Positions 37,560 through 48,138 are shown, counted from the stretch's first letter. The stretch: 64,000 bases of DNA from an uncultured Alphaproteobacteria bacterium (GCA_964010795.1 CAXGMH010000001.1:8003-72002), one strand, 5' to 3'. Numbers and translations are program-made. Notes: generated by a model from the letters alone, not told the origin.

Positions 37560-38630
37560 ATGCCAGAGAAAAGTTATAAAGAAGATGCTTACAAACAAGC
37601 CGGCGTCGATATCGAAGCAGGAAATGCGCTTGTGAGGCAAATTAAAGACACGGTGAAATCAACACATAGACCGGGTGTGCTTACTGATATTGGCGGTTTT
37701 GGCGCGCTTTTTGGCCTAAAAGAAAGCGGCCAGTGGAAAGACCCTGTCTTAGTCTCGGCCACAGACGGCGTCGGCACAAAACTCAAAGTTGCATTTGCAA
37801 GCGACATCCATGACACAGTCGGCATTGATCTGGTCGCTATGTGCGCGAATGACTTAATCGTTCAGGGCGCAACTCCTCTTTTCTTTCTGGATTATTTTGC
37901 AACCGGCAAACTGGAAACAGGGGTCGCAGCAAAGGTTATCGAGGGCATCGCCAATGGTTGTAAACAGGCTGAATGCGCCCTCATCGGCGGAGAAACAGCC
38001 GAAATGCCCGGAATGTACGCAAGCGGGCATTATGATCTTGCCGGATTTTGCGTCGGCGCGGTTGAGCGCGATTCTATTATTGACGGCTCACACATCAACC
38101 CCGGTGATGCGGTATTGGGACTGCCCTCTTCCGGCCTGCACTCTAACGGCTTTTCTCTGGTTCGGAAAATCATTGAGGATCAAGGCCTGAGCTATAGCGA
38201 GAAAGCCCCGTTTGAAACGGAATTCGCAACTCTGGGAGAGGCCTTGCTCACACCCACACGCATTTACCACAACGCCCTTAAGTCACCAATATCAAAAGGT
38301 CTTGTCAAAGGTCTCGCCCACATCACAGGTGGTGGCCTGCTCGAAAATATTCCGCGTATACTGCCCTCTGGTTGTGGTGTGGAGCTGAACGGCAAGAACT
38401 GGACGGTTCCAGAGGTCATGACGTGGCTTGCAGCCAAAGCGGATTTAAGTAACAAAGATATGCTGACGACTTTCAACTGCGGCCTTGGGATGATTGTAAT
38501 CTGCGCTAGCGAAGATAAAGAGGCGTTGATTAACGACTTCAAGCGTCATGACGAAGCTGTTCTGGAAATCGGCACGGTAACAGACGGACAAGACGTCATC
38601 ATCAAAGACTTTCATTCCGGCAAAGCTTAA
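37560..38630 (+). CDS. purM: Phosphoribosylformylglycinamidine cyclo-ligase (AIR synthase)
   Basis: YKQAGVDIEAGN, ATDGVGTKLK and GGETAEMPG motifs. Confidence 0.96.
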   Translation: MPEKSYKEDAYKQAGVDIEAGNALVRQIKDTVKSTHRPGVLTDIGGFGALFGLKESGQWKDPVLVSATDGVGTKLKVAFASDIHDTVGIDLVAMCANDLIVQGATPLFFLDYFATGKLETGVAAKVIEGIANGCKQAECALIGGETAEMPGMYASGHYDLAGFCVGAVERDSIIDGSHINPGDAVLGLPSSGLHSNGFSLVRKIIEDQGLSYSEKAPFETEFATLGEALLTPTRIYHNALKSPISKGLVKGLAHITGGGLLENIPRILPSGCGVELNGKNWTVPEVMTWLAAKADLSNKDMLTTFNCGLGMIVICASEDKEALINDFKRHDEAVLEIGTVTDGQDVIIKDFHSGKA

Positions 38631-38648
38631 ACACCGCAGGTGTATTTC

Positions 38649-39227
38649 ATGAAAAAGATCAAAACCGCGATACTTATTTCTGGCCGAGGCAGCAATATGC
38701 GAAGCCTGCACACAGCCAGCCTTGCATCGGATTATCCGGCTGAAATAACGCTGGTTTTATCAAATAAAGCAGATGCAGCGGGACTGGACTACGCAGCGCA
38801 GAACGGCATTCCGACCGAAATCTTAAACCACAAGGACTTTGATAGCCGCGAAAGCTTTGACACAAAAATGCAACTGGTTTTGGAAAAACACGGCATAGAG
38901 CTCGTCTGTCTAGCCGGTTTCATGCGAATCCTAAGCGCAGATTTCGTGGCAAAATGGCCTGATAAGATATTGAATATCCATCCTTCTTTACTCCCCAAAT
39001 ACAAGGGTCTTCATCCACAAAGGCAAGCACTCGAAGCCAATGAGGATGAAAGCGGATGCTCAGTACATCTTGTCACCAAAGAGCTGGATGACGGCCCAAT
39101 TTTAGCGCAGTCCCGTGTCCCGATCCACCCAGACGACACGGAGGAAAGCCTGTCTGCGCGCATCTTGGAAGCCGAACACCTGCTCTATCCGGCGGTGCTG
39201 AAACGCTATGCTGAAATGCTGTTGTAA
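38649..39227 (+). CDS. purN: Phosphoribosylglycinamide formyltransferase
   Basis: MKKIKTAILISGRGSNM, NIHPSLLPKYKG and the Asp in VHLVTKELDDGPIL. Confidence 0.95.
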   Translation: MKKIKTAILISGRGSNMRSLHTASLASDYPAEITLVLSNKADAAGLDYAAQNGIPTEILNHKDFDSRESFDTKMQLVLEKHGIELVCLAGFMRILSADFVAKWPDKILNIHPSLLPKYKGLHPQRQALEANEDESGCSVHLVTKELDDGPILAQSRVPIHPDDTEESLSARILEAEHLLYPAVLKRYAEMLL

Positions 39228-39306
39228 AAGGCGTTGAAAAAAAAGGCTTTTTAAAGGAAAATAAAGAAGTTTTATTTAATGTAACTCATATAAAAAGGAA
39301 TGAGAT

Positions 39307-39450
39307 ATGGGACATCACAGCAAACCGGACATTGATCCAGCCTACGAAGAAAATGCCCGCAACCTATGGCAAGGCTTTATTAAACTCTCTAAATGGTGCG
39401 CAGGTATCGTTATTGTTGTTTTGATACTAATGGGATTATTCCTCTTGTAA
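39307..39450 (+). CDS. Small membrane protein resembling aa3-type cytochrome c oxidase subunit IV (47 aa)
   Basis: There is an AGGAA RBS. The ATG is at 39307 and the TAA at 39448-39450. The sequence is MGHHSKPDIDPAYEENARNLWQGFIKLSKWCAGIVIVVLILMGLFLL, with an HH..D...W.GF.K..KW pattern plus a single TM. It falls below the ORF-track length cutoff. Confidence 0.6.
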   Translation: MGHHSKPDIDPAYEENARNLWQGFIKLSKWCAGIVIVVLILMGLFLL

Positions 39451-39505
39451 AATCTGACCTCGTAAACGGTAGGCATTTATCCTTATACAGCAGCCCAAAA
39501 CATGG

Positions 39506-42500
39506 ATGCATCTCATATTCAGCCTGTGCTTGTTTTTCCTCGCACAGCCGTTGGCCGCCCATGCCCAGAATACGGCCACCGCAAATTCAGATGTTGATCC
39601 GACAGCCTTGGTTCTGGATAGTCTGGATGCCTATTACCCGCTTGTGCCGGCGATCTACACCACCCGAGACGAAGAATCCCGCCTGTCATGGCGCGAGGTT
39701 CTTTCACGCCACAGCAATAATATTCGTGGCTTTCGTCAACGGGACGACTTCCTTAATCTCAGTTACGATCCTGCCCCGCATTATTTTGTCTTCACATTAC
39801 ACAACAAGACATCCGAGACCGAGTGGATGTTTGATTTCGGGAAATACACGGAAGGTCGCGTCGGCTTGATCGATTCTTTTTACCTCTATGATGTGACTCA
39901 AAACCGTATGCTTGTTGACGGTTTTGTCCGCCCCAATGCTCCAGACACGCTTGGCGCCAACTTGATTGACAGCTCCACACCGCTCTATCTACCCAGCGGC
40001 CAGAGCAAAACCTTCCTCTTATATTTAAAAAGCAACGCTCTTTTACCCATGACTTTGCCGATCACGGTACAGCCCGAGAACATCTATCTTGATAAAGTGA
40101 AGAGCCACAGCCTCTTGCGCTTTATACTGCTTTCCTCTCTAGTGATCGGATTGGGCTTTTTCTTAGGCCTCTGCTTTATCGCACCAAGAGCCGAATATTT
40201 CCTTTTTGCCGCTTATTTCGCCCTCCAGATTGGCCTGCACGGAGCGTTAGAAAACACTATTTTCCAACCATTCACACCGCAAGTCCCGCTTCTCCTTGCA
40301 CTTACAAGCGGGTTGGGGATTGTCATCATCTGGATGACACGCTGCTTTTTAGGTCTGAATTTTCAGGAAAACAAGCTTGCATCTATACTAACAATTACAC
40401 TGAGCGTGCTTTTGATTGCCTTACCCGTTCTTGCCTATATAAATATGGCACTGCTCAGCACCGTAACGGCCTTTGTATCGTCATGGCTTTTCCTCTTACC
40501 AATTATGCTTGCCGGTCTTTCCAGCATGGTCATATCCCTTGCCCACGCTGGTGATGAGCGTTTTGGTGTCGGCTTTTATGCGCTTGGCTGGACAGTCTAT
40601 CTTATCGGAGCATTGGTCGGGCAAATGACTTTCCTTGATATTTTCAGCGCCTCAACACATCTGATTAACGCTTTATGGTACTGCACATTGCCGCAAACAG
40701 TCCTGTTTATCACCGCTGTAGCCTTCAAATTCCGCGCACAACAGGATTACCGCATAAGACAGGCTTTGCGCGCCAATCTTGCCGAAGAGAATAAAGCACG
40801 CCTCCAGCACTCCAAAGAATCCGCCGACCAGCAAAGGCTGTTACGTGTGCTTGAGCGTGAACGGGAAGTCATGGAAGAATTGCGCCAGCGCGAAGCCCAG
40901 CGTACAGAAGAAATGCGCCGCGCCAAAGAGGCCGCCGATGAGGCCAACCGTGCAAAATCTGCGTTCCTCGCCGTTATCTCGCACGAGATCCGCACACCAA
41001 TGACTGGCATTATGGGGATGGTTCGCCTGCTCCTTGATACGCAACTTTCCAAACAGCAAACCGAATATGCGACCACAATTCAAGAATCGGGTAATACAAT
41101 GCTCGCGCTCTTAAACGACATTCTCGACTTTGAAAAAATTGAGACCGGCAAGATGGACATCGAAAGCGTTCCCTTTGACGTTCACCGCCTCTTGCGCTCA
41201 GTCATTACACTGATGTCCGGCCGTGCAAAAGAACAAGACATCACTCTGGAACTTGACCTGAAAGACAATGTTCCTGTCCATATGATGGGCGATCCGACCC
41301 GTATCCGTCAGGTTCTTTTGAACCTTGTAGGGAACGCGATCAAATTCACCAATCAAGGCGGCGTCACCCTTCAGGTGCAAAATATAAATGATGACGAACA
41401 CGACACAACGAGTGACCATCAAGCCCTTTATTTCGCAGTTAAAGACACAGGGATCGGCATCTCGGAAGAAGCCCAGCGCAACCTCTTTAACCCCTTTTCT
41501 CAAGCCGACAGCTCTATATCACGAAAATTCGGCGGTAGCGGCCTCGGACTGGCTATTTGTAAACGCCTGATCGAAGCCATGGGCAGCACGATTAACCTTG
41601 TCTCCAAAGAAGGTGAAGGCTCGACCTTCTTCTTCACACTAAAACTCGAAGAAGCCGCAGAGCAGGCCGCAGAAGAAGAACGCCAAAAGCAAAAGATCGA
41701 GCGTGAAGAAGAGCAGGCAAAAGACATCTCTTACCGTATTCTGGTCGCCGAAGATAACGAGATCAACCGCAAGGTTATGATGGGTTTCCTTGATCGCGGA
41801 GACCATCAAATCGATATGGCCGTCAATGGTCAAGAGGCCGTAGACAAGGCCGAACAAAACACATATGACATCATCTTTATGGATATCGAGATGCCTGTCA
41901 TGAAAGGGACAGAAGCAGTCTCGAAAATCCGCGATGGCGATGGTCCTAACGCTAATACACCGGTGATCGCCCTTACCGGTAACGTTATGGAAGACGACAT
42001 CCAGACCTATTATATGCACGGTATGAACGACCATGTCGCCAAGCCGATCACACCGGAACAGCTCAAACGGATGCTTACCGCTATCCCGACCCAACGCTTT
42101 AAAAGCCCTCTCGAGCTTAAGAAAACAAAAGAAAAAGTCGCTACGCCGCAAAGGGCTGATAAAGACAACGGTGAAACGACACAAGATACAACAGCGCAGG
42201 AAAGTGAAACAAAAACCGAAGACAAGCCGTATGTATCACCATTCGCTTATAAAAACCCTGAAGATAAGCCAAAACGCACAGTCTTGAGGCCACAAAGACA
42301 GCCAAAAGTCGAAGACTATACTCACGAAGAAAGCGCTACCGCTGGTGATACAGCACAAGATGATGATAACAGCGAATATGATTTCTCCTACCAAACAACA
42401 GAGAAAGACGAGAGTAAAACCTCTGACACAGAAAGCGCCAACACAAGCGACAATACAGACACTCACCCGGATACAGATACAGGATCGGCGAAAGGTTCAT

Positions 42501-42880
42501 CATCTTTCCCACTTGATCCGGAAAAATTCGACGAAATCATGCTTTCAAGCCTGAACGACTCCGTTGGCGCAAGCCAGCTTAAAGAGCTTATGGCCGGGCT
42601 TTACGAGAAAACGGAAGAAATTTTGACCGCCCTGCGCGAGGCACTAAACAATGATAACGCCGAAGAGCTGTATGCCCGCGCCCATGAGCTTAAAGGCATG
42701 GCCGGTAATTTTGGGATGAAGGATATCTCATCGATTGCGGCTCAAATCGAAAAGCTCGGTCGCAGCACAAAGCTAGGCGATGTGGGGCCACTTCTTGATC
42801 GATTACCGAATGAATATGAAGCGTCTAAATCCGCTCTGGATGCTTGGCTAGAAGACGAAGTTGCCAAAGAAGGCAAATAA
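39506..42880 (+). CDS. Hybrid sensor histidine kinase (7TMR-DISM sensor, HisKA, HATPase_c, REC, HPt)
   Basis: It has a signal peptide plus a periplasmic domain and 7 TM helices, then a coiled coil. The H-box is [15 protein letters not shown]. The N, G1 and G2 boxes are [16 protein letters not shown] and [13 protein letters not shown]. The REC domain reads [11 protein letters not shown]...[13 protein letters not shown] ~150-aa acidic linker follows, and the HPt domain contains [12 protein letters not shown]. Confidence 0.9.
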   Translation: MHLIFSLCLFFLAQPLAAHAQNTATANSDVDPTALVLDSLDAYYPLVPAIYTTRDEESRLSWREVLSRHSNNIRGFRQRDDFLNLSYDPAPHYFVFTLHNKTSETEWMFDFGKYTEGRVGLIDSFYLYDVTQNRMLVDGFVRPNAPDTLGANLIDSSTPLYLPSGQSKTFLLYLKSNALLPMTLPITVQPENIYLDKVKSHSLLRFILLSSLVIGLGFFLGLCFIAPRAEYFLFAAYFALQIGLHGALENTIFQPFTPQVPLLLALTSGLGIVIIWMTRCFLGLNFQENKLASILTITLSVLLIALPVLAYINMALLSTVTAFVSSWLFLLPIMLAGLSSMVISLAHAGDERFGVGFYALGWTVYLIGALVGQMTFLDIFSASTHLINALWYCTLPQTVLFITAVAFKFRAQQDYRIRQALRANLAEENKARLQHSKESADQQRLLRVLEREREVMEELRQREAQRTEEMRRAKEAADEANRAKSAFLAVISHEIRTPMTGIMGMVRLLLDTQLSKQQTEYATTIQESGNTMLALLNDILDFEKIETGKMDIESVPFDVHRLLRSVITLMSGRAKEQDITLELDLKDNVPVHMMGDPTRIRQVLLNLVGNAIKFTNQGGVTLQVQNINDDEHDTTSDHQALYFAVKDTGIGISEEAQRNLFNPFSQADSSISRKFGGSGLGLAICKRLIEAMGSTINLVSKEGEGSTFFFTLKLEEAAEQAAEEERQKQKIEREEEQAKDISYRILVAEDNEINRKVMMGFLDRGDHQIDMAVNGQEAVDKAEQNTYDIIFMDIEMPVMKGTEAVSKIRDGDGPNANTPVIALTGNVMEDDIQTYYMHGMNDHVAKPITPEQLKRMLTAIPTQRFKSPLELKKTKEKVATPQRADKDNGETTQDTTAQESETKTEDKPYVSPFAYKNPEDKPKRTVLRPQRQPKVEDYTHEESATAGDTAQDDDNSEYDFSYQTTEKDESKTSDTESANTSDNTDTHPDTDTGSAKGSSSFPLDPEKFDEIMLSSLNDSVGASQLKELMAGLYEKTEEILTALREALNNDNAEELYARAHELKGMAGNFGMKDISSIAAQIEKLGRSTKLGDVGPLLDRLPNEYEASKSALDAWLEDEVAKEGK

Positions 42881-42904
42881 TAATCTATAATTAATCTGGC
42901 TTTT

Positions 42905-43087
42905 CTATTGATCCAGAACACGCGCAGCTTCTGGCAACATAACGGGGATGCCGTCTTGGATCGGAAAAGCCAGATTTGCTTTCTCAGAGATAAGTTCTTG
43001 CGCCTCTTTATCATAGCGCAAAGCTGTCTTACTGAGCGGACAAACCAGTATCTCAAGCAGTTTCGGGTCAATTTGTGTCGTTGGCAT
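42905..43087 (-). CDS. Trm112/YcaR (UPF0434) family protein
   Basis: 60 aa: [14 protein letters not shown]...[15 protein letters not shown]. Confidence 0.85.
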   Translation of the reverse strand: MPTTQIDPKLLEILVCPLSKTALRYDKEAQELISEKANLAFPIQDGIPVMLPEAARVLDQ

Positions 43088-43740
43088 TATTGCATTCCTT
43101 TACAATGATAGGACTCGCTTTGCAATGCCATGTCAATGATTTTGCGGAACATCTCAAACCTGTCAGCCTCTGTCGCGGCCTCAAGCAATGCCTGTTTTTC
43201 CGACGGAGCAAAAGGACAAACCATACACAATAAAGTCAAAAGCTCCGGACGCGATGTATTCTCCACCATATCCCAGTCACATTGCATATCCTGAGAAATA
43301 AAGTAGTTCCTCAGTTGCGAGCACAGGCTCTCCCAGTCATGGTCGACCATCTCTGCATCCTCTTTGACGCTGTTCTTATCTGCACCATAGTTGGAATAAT
43401 CCGCAAGCACACGGCGGTAACCATGGCTCATCTCCAATTCCTCCACTGCACGGAAACGGCTTATTCCCGATAAGGTAATCAGATAACGGCCATCCTCAGT
43501 CTCGTGAAATGTTGTGATCCGGCCTGTGCAACCTGTATCATACAAACCGTCCTGTTTTTGGGGCTGGATCATTCCAATGACGCGCGAGTCGGTTTTGAGC
43601 GCATCTTCGACCATTGTCAGGTAGCGAGGCTCAAAAATATTGAGGGGCAATTGGCCACCGGGCAGCAATATCGCGCCGCTAAGCGGAAAAATAGGAATAA
43701 TCTCGGTATCATCCGTTTGTGCTGATTTGCTCATAATCAC
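43087..43740 (-). CDS. LON substrate-binding (N-terminal) domain protein
   Basis: [34 protein letters not shown]. 217 aa. Confidence 0.85.
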   Translation of the reverse strand: MIMSKSAQTDDTEIIPIFPLSGAILLPGGQLPLNIFEPRYLTMVEDALKTDSRVIGMIQPQKQDGLYDTGCTGRITTFHETEDGRYLITLSGISRFRAVEELEMSHGYRRVLADYSNYGADKNSVKEDAEMVDHDWESLCSQLRNYFISQDMQCDWDMVENTSRPELLTLLCMVCPFAPSEKQALLEAATEADRFEMFRKIIDMALQSESYHCKGMQ

Positions 43741-43871
43741 TCCTTACAAGATAGAAGATATGGCATATTCGCCCAAAGACAAGCAATCGAAAATCAAATG
43801 CAGTTTAGGCTGCAAAAAAAGCTTGAAATGCATTTCAATATGATCTATCTCTACTGTCTATTCCAAAGAGA

Positions 43872-43946
43872 GCGGGTGTAGCTCAGGGGTAGAGCGTCAC
43901 CTTGCCAAGGTGAAAGTCGAGGGTTCGAATCCCTTCACCCGCTCCA
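43872..43946 (+). tRNA. tRNA-Gly (anticodon GCC), CCA encoded
   Basis: The cloverleaf folds by hand. The acceptor stem is gcgggtg/cacccgc, the D stem gctc/gagc and the anticodon stem tcacc/ggtga with loop ttGCCaa. The T arm is gaggg-ttcgaat-ccctt, followed by t-cca. Confidence 0.95.
43926..43946 (+). repeat. attL core (3' end of tRNA-Gly)
   Basis: cgaatcccttcaccc gc tcca. Confidence 0.8.
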
Positions 43947-44109
43947 TTTTATTTTCTCGAAAATTCTAAAAACGTCTAAATACCTTGATTTTAAGGGGAT
44001 TTTGTGCCAGCGTTTTATCTTAAGCTGTCTCAAGACATGCCCCCACATCTAGGATATTTGGGGGCACTAGAGGGGGCATAGAAAAATATTAGAGAAAAAT
44101 GTGCCCCCA

Positions 44110-45309
44110 ATGAAGTTAACAAACATTCAATGCAAGAACGCTAAGCCTAAAGAGAAGCCCTACAAGCTAGCCGCCGGACGTGGCCTATATCTGGAGATCA
44201 TGCCGAACGGCTCAAAATATTGGCGCCTGAAATATCGAATTAAGGCCGATGGAAAGCTCAAAGAGAAGCGCATAGCTTTTGGCGTGTACCCTGAAATATC
44301 ACTGAAAGAAGCCGATGAGCGTTGTACAGAGGCCAGAAAACTACTGGATCAAGACCTCGACCCTTCTGCAATTAGGAGAGAAACCAGACGCTCAGCCGAA
44401 ATAAACTCGGACAATAACTTTGAAGCCATCGCTCGTAAATGGCATGAGACATTTAAAGAGAAGTGGACTGACAGACACGCCAATACTGTATTGCGCCGCT
44501 TAGAAACTGACGTATTTTCAGAGATAGGCTCGATGCCTATTAAAGACATCAAGCCCTCACAACTGATAAACGTATTGAAGAAGGTACAAAAACGTGGAGC
44601 ATATGAACCAGCGCACCGCTTGCGCCAATACTGTGCACAGATTTTCCGCTACGCAATCATTCACGAAATCACAGACACGAACCCCGCCGCCGAAATCGGC
44701 ATGGTACTCAAGCCCTTAGTGAAAAAGCATTATGCTTGCCTCGATATAAAAGAAATACCGGAACTACTCAAAGCTATACATTTTAATAACGCACGGCTGC
44801 ATACAGACACGCGCTTGGCAATAAAACTTCTCATGCTTACTTTTGTGCGTACGAAAGAGCTTATTGAAGCCAAATGGAATGAGTTCGATTTAGAGAACGC
44901 TGAATGGATAATTCCGGCTGAGCGCATGAAGATGAGGAAGGAGCATATCGTGCCTTTGTCAAAACAGGCCGTAGACATGCTCAAAGACCTAAAAGAGCGC
45001 AATGAAAAATGGGAATGGGTTTTTCCCGGACACCATTCGCCGCGCAAACACATGAGTAATAATACAATTCTAAAGGGACTGGAGCGTTTGGGCTTTAAAG
45101 GCCGCATGACTGGCCACGGTTTCCGCGCACTGGCCATGAGCACAATAAAAGAGAAATTAGGCTACCGCCACGAAGTTGTAGACAGGCAGCTTGCTCATGC
45201 TCCCAAAAGCATGGTGCAACGCGCCTATGACCGCGCAAAATTTTTAGATGAACGTAAAGTTATGATGCAAGAATGGGCAGATTATTTGGATAGGCTTGAT
45301 AAAGCATGA
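44110..45309 (+). CDS. int: P4-type tyrosine integrase (N-terminal Arm/DUF4102 domain)
   Basis: MKLTNIQCKNAKPKEKPYKLAAGRGLYLEIMPNGSKYWRLKYR matches the P4-integrase arm-binding domain. The catalytic region has TFVRTKEL (Arg), HGFRALAMS (H-x-x-R) and LAHA...AY. It lies next to the tRNA. Confidence 0.92.
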   Translation: MKLTNIQCKNAKPKEKPYKLAAGRGLYLEIMPNGSKYWRLKYRIKADGKLKEKRIAFGVYPEISLKEADERCTEARKLLDQDLDPSAIRRETRRSAEINSDNNFEAIARKWHETFKEKWTDRHANTVLRRLETDVFSEIGSMPIKDIKPSQLINVLKKVQKRGAYEPAHRLRQYCAQIFRYAIIHEITDTNPAAEIGMVLKPLVKKHYACLDIKEIPELLKAIHFNNARLHTDTRLAIKLLMLTFVRTKELIEAKWNEFDLENAEWIIPAERMKMRKEHIVPLSKQAVDMLKDLKERNEKWEWVFPGHHSPRKHMSNNTILKGLERLGFKGRMTGHGFRALAMSTIKEKLGYRHEVVDRQLAHAPKSMVQRAYDRAKFLDERKVMMQEWADYLDRLDKA

Positions 45310-45941
45310 GGCTAGGACAAATTCGAACACTGTTGAACAAACCAAAATCCTCTCAGGTTTATACGGAAGCGGAAGCTATAAGTCATGTGATTGAGTGCTT
45401 TGACAACAAACCTGAATTTCGGAAAGAAGACATTGAGAAATTTGCTTATTTTATAGTCAAAACCGCTGGCAGAAGGGTAAGTGTGGCAACGCTTCATAAA
45501 GAGATAAAAAAAGACCGTAAGGAACTTAAAAAACTAATAAGCAAGACAATGAGCGATATAAAACATCTTCAAAAGCGTCTCAAAAACACACAATATCCTG
45601 CAACCATATATCTAAATGAAATTATTCACCATGCTACGCAAGACAATCTTGAGAGCTTAAATGATGTGCTTAGCTCTCTGCAAAGTTATTCAGATACACT
45701 CGGAAACCTACCTTTGAATAATAACTCTAATGCTCATATTCTCCACGTCACGCTAGCGCAAAGCATTCGAACCGATTACATTAACTTTTTTGGAACTGAG
45801 CCCGGCACGTCAAGAAGCATGCCCACACCCTATTCCAAAACCTGCAATATAGTGGCCGAATATATTGGATTACCAAAGCCTCGAACAAATGCAGAAAACA
45901 CCATGACGGATCAAATTCTCTCAAAAGCACGTCAAATATAG
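45306..45941 (+). CDS. Hypothetical island protein
   Basis: 211-aa ORF whose start overlaps the int stop (ATGA). It is AT-rich and I recognised no motif. Confidence 0.55.
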   Translation: MRLGQIRTLLNKPKSSQVYTEAEAISHVIECFDNKPEFRKEDIEKFAYFIVKTAGRRVSVATLHKEIKKDRKELKKLISKTMSDIKHLQKRLKNTQYPATIYLNEIIHHATQDNLESLNDVLSSLQSYSDTLGNLPLNNNSNAHILHVTLAQSIRTDYINFFGTEPGTSRSMPTPYSKTCNIVAEYIGLPKPRTNAENTMTDQILSKARQI

Positions 45942-46040
45942 GGCGATTATGCGATAAATAAAATCGCTAATCGCCTCATTCATCTATGAAACCTCATGTT
46001 AGACAAACCTGTATCTTTTAATAAACAACAGGAGACAAAG

Positions 46041-46250
46041 ATGTCTAACAAACAAGAAAATATTTTACGCTTGCCAGAGGTCATAAAACGCACAGGCATT
46101 CCCCGATCTTCCATCTATTCCGCAATAAAAGAAGGCCAATTCCCAGCGCCTATTCAATTAGGCGCAAGGCGCATAGGTTTTCTTGAAAGTGAAATAGAGG
46201 CATGGCTTGAGGAATGCATCAAACTATCCCGCCTCAACGACATCGCATAA
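46041..46250 (+). CDS. alpA: AlpA/MerR-type HTH regulator or excisionase-like protein
   Basis: There is a GGAGA RBS. The sequence is MSNKQENILRLPEVIKRTGIPRSSIYSAIKEGQFPAPIQLGARRIGFLESEIEAWL. Confidence 0.8.
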   Translation: MSNKQENILRLPEVIKRTGIPRSSIYSAIKEGQFPAPIQLGARRIGFLESEIEAWLEECIKLSRLNDIA

Positions 46251-46264
46251 TAGAGGAGAAACCA

Positions 46265-47362
46265 ATGCATAATAGCTCTTCTAATTATTTTGAAGTTGTA
46301 GATTTCAATCGGCCTGAAGCTTTCGATATCGATTATCTCTTTGAACAAATTCTTCCCAGTCTAGGGGTTAGCTTATTGCTTGGTAAAAGCAGTTGTGGAA
46401 AAACCGCAGCGCTTCTACACACAGCATATACTTTGGCCACAAGAAAACCTTTTGGGAATTTTAAAGGAGACAAGGTTTTTGAAGAATGCCATTCCCCCTT
46501 TCACGCTTCACCCATGAAAAAAGGGAGTACAATTCTTTTTGTTGGCGAGGATAAACACGATTGCCCTGCGCGTGTAGTAGCATCCGAGATTCTTTATACA
46601 CCAGAACAATTACAGAGTTTTCCCGATGGGCGACCTCCTATCATTATTGTTAAGGGCGGCCATGTAAAATTGCAGGACGCTAAACAAGCTTACGAGCTAA
46701 AAGAAGCGCTGCAAGAGCAGATAGACTTATACACCGCTTATGGCTATCCGCCTAGATTGCTTGCGTTCGACACATTATTTTCATGTTTCTTCGTCAAGGA
46801 TCAAAATAATAATGCTGAGGGAGAAGCGGTTATGAGTGCCCTAAATATTTACGCTGAAGTTTTTCAGTGTCATGTCATGGCTACAATGCATCCAGCTAAA
46901 TCAAGCAGGGCTGATAAAACGCTTAATAGCGGCGCTGCGGCTTATTTTAACCGAGCAGATGCTGTATTACAGATGAGTTCTGTTAATCAAACTCCAGCAC
47001 GCAAAATCCGCGTTGTAAAAACTAGAAACAGCCCCAGCGAAAATGCAGTAGCGCAATACCGTATTACAGGCCATGGGAATGTGCCGTTGCTACAATCCGA
47101 AAAGAGTCACGCCGCGCTCGCTGCGAATAATTCCATATCCAGAAGGGTTTATCACAAAGAGATTGTGGCATTTATGAAGGAAAATGGAGCAGCAAGCTTG
47201 GATGAAATGGCAAAAGGCATTAAACCGAGAAGAAATACCAAACCCGAAAGCATGAAGAAGAGGCTTAAAGAACGAATTGCAGAAATGATTGACAACGGAG
47301 AGGCCAAAAAAATCGGTGATCCAGTTAGTAGCCAAAAAGCTCGTTATGAATTGACGATATAG
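46265..47362 (+). CDS. RepA/AAA_25-like P-loop ATPase with a C-terminal winged-helix-like domain
   Basis: There is a GAGGAG RBS. It has Walker A (LLLGKSSCGKTA) and Walker B-like (RLLAFDTLF) motifs and is 365 aa from the ATG at 46265. The architecture is typical of small integrative elements and satellites. Confidence 0.7.
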   Translation: MHNSSSNYFEVVDFNRPEAFDIDYLFEQILPSLGVSLLLGKSSCGKTAALLHTAYTLATRKPFGNFKGDKVFEECHSPFHASPMKKGSTILFVGEDKHDCPARVVASEILYTPEQLQSFPDGRPPIIIVKGGHVKLQDAKQAYELKEALQEQIDLYTAYGYPPRLLAFDTLFSCFFVKDQNNNAEGEAVMSALNIYAEVFQCHVMATMHPAKSSRADKTLNSGAAAYFNRADAVLQMSSVNQTPARKIRVVKTRNSPSENAVAQYRITGHGNVPLLQSEKSHAALAANNSISRRVYHKEIVAFMKENGAASLDEMAKGIKPRRNTKPESMKKRLKERIAEMIDNGEAKKIGDPVSSQKARYELTI

Positions 47363-47463
47363 CAAATCTGCTAACATGAAATCATGCGCGCGTGAAAACA
47401 GAAACAGGCCGAGTTGGAAAATCTATCTTCTTCTTATAGCCCTTATACAAATCATATATGCCT

Positions 47464-47536
47464 TAACCATGGCCTAAACAAAAGCTCTATAAGCCAGATA
47501 CGGGCTTTTAGCATAAGTGCTATTAGGCCATGGTTA
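47464..47536. repeat. Perfect 14-bp inverted repeat with a 45-nt spacer in the island's non-coding region
   Basis: taaccatggcctaa (47464-47477) pairs with ttaggccatggtta (47523-47536). The spacer holds a small hairpin, aagcc-agatac-gggctt. Confidence 0.8.
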
Positions 47537-47715
47537 TCTTATCAAGGCTTTTCCTTTACGGCGCACTTCTATCCCACTTACTTACGACGGGGATAGAAGC
47601 ACAGCCGTAATTGTCCAGATTTAAGTCATTGAAAGCGAAAAGTTTTTCTACCTTAAGCGGAAAAAGGACATTTTAGCAGAGCTGCTATTTTGTCTTTTTG
47701 TCCTTAGCTGTTTTG

Positions 47716-48129
47716 CTAATTGCCCTCATGCTTCTCCAATAACAGGCGGTTTAATGCTTCTAGCTGTGCTTCATAATATTGAGTTTCGTCTTTGTATTTT
47801 TTCTCAAAAAGGAAACAAACAGTTATCAAAAAGGCACCGATAAAAAAGGCATAAATATCAAAACTATTTTCTGCCAATGAATCTTGTAATTGAGGAAAAC
47901 TCATAAAAATAAAGCCGATACCAACAAGGCCAAGAAGTCCAGTTAATGTGTGGATATCAAATAAACGCCTTCTTCTTTGCCTATGATCTACCAACAAGCC
48001 CTGTATTTTTTCAAAATTCTCGCTTAGTTGTTTTTTGCTATAACCTTTGTACAGGCTATACCAACCATTGAAGCCTATGTTCTTACTAGTCCAAAACACA
48101 TTTTTTATTTTCATCTTATCAACGCCCAT
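47716..48129 (-). CDS. Small 2-TM membrane protein (candidate effector or immunity partner)
   Basis: 137 aa with two hydrophobic helices (LTGLLGLVGIGFIFMSF, IYAFFIGAFLITVCFLF) flanked by charged segments. It is divergent from the XRE gene. Confidence 0.55.
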   Translation of the reverse strand: MGVDKMKIKNVFWTSKNIGFNGWYSLYKGYSKKQLSENFEKIQGLLVDHRQRRRRLFDIHTLTGLLGLVGIGFIFMSFPQLQDSLAENSFDIYAFFIGAFLITVCFLFEKKYKDETQYYEAQLEALNRLLLEKHEGN

Positions 48130-48138
48130 TCTTAAAAT

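Noticed and set aside
39393-39869. A 158-aa ORF overlapping the start of the hybrid kinase.
   Set aside because: It overlaps both the cox-IV-like small ORF and the kinase signal peptide in other frames. Its composition is Cys/Arg-rich and unlike a protein.
47414-47596. A 60-aa ORF in the island's non-coding gap.
   Set aside because: It has a non-ATG start (TTG) and no RBS. It spans the 14-bp inverted repeat, which explains the open frame better as a DNA or RNA element.
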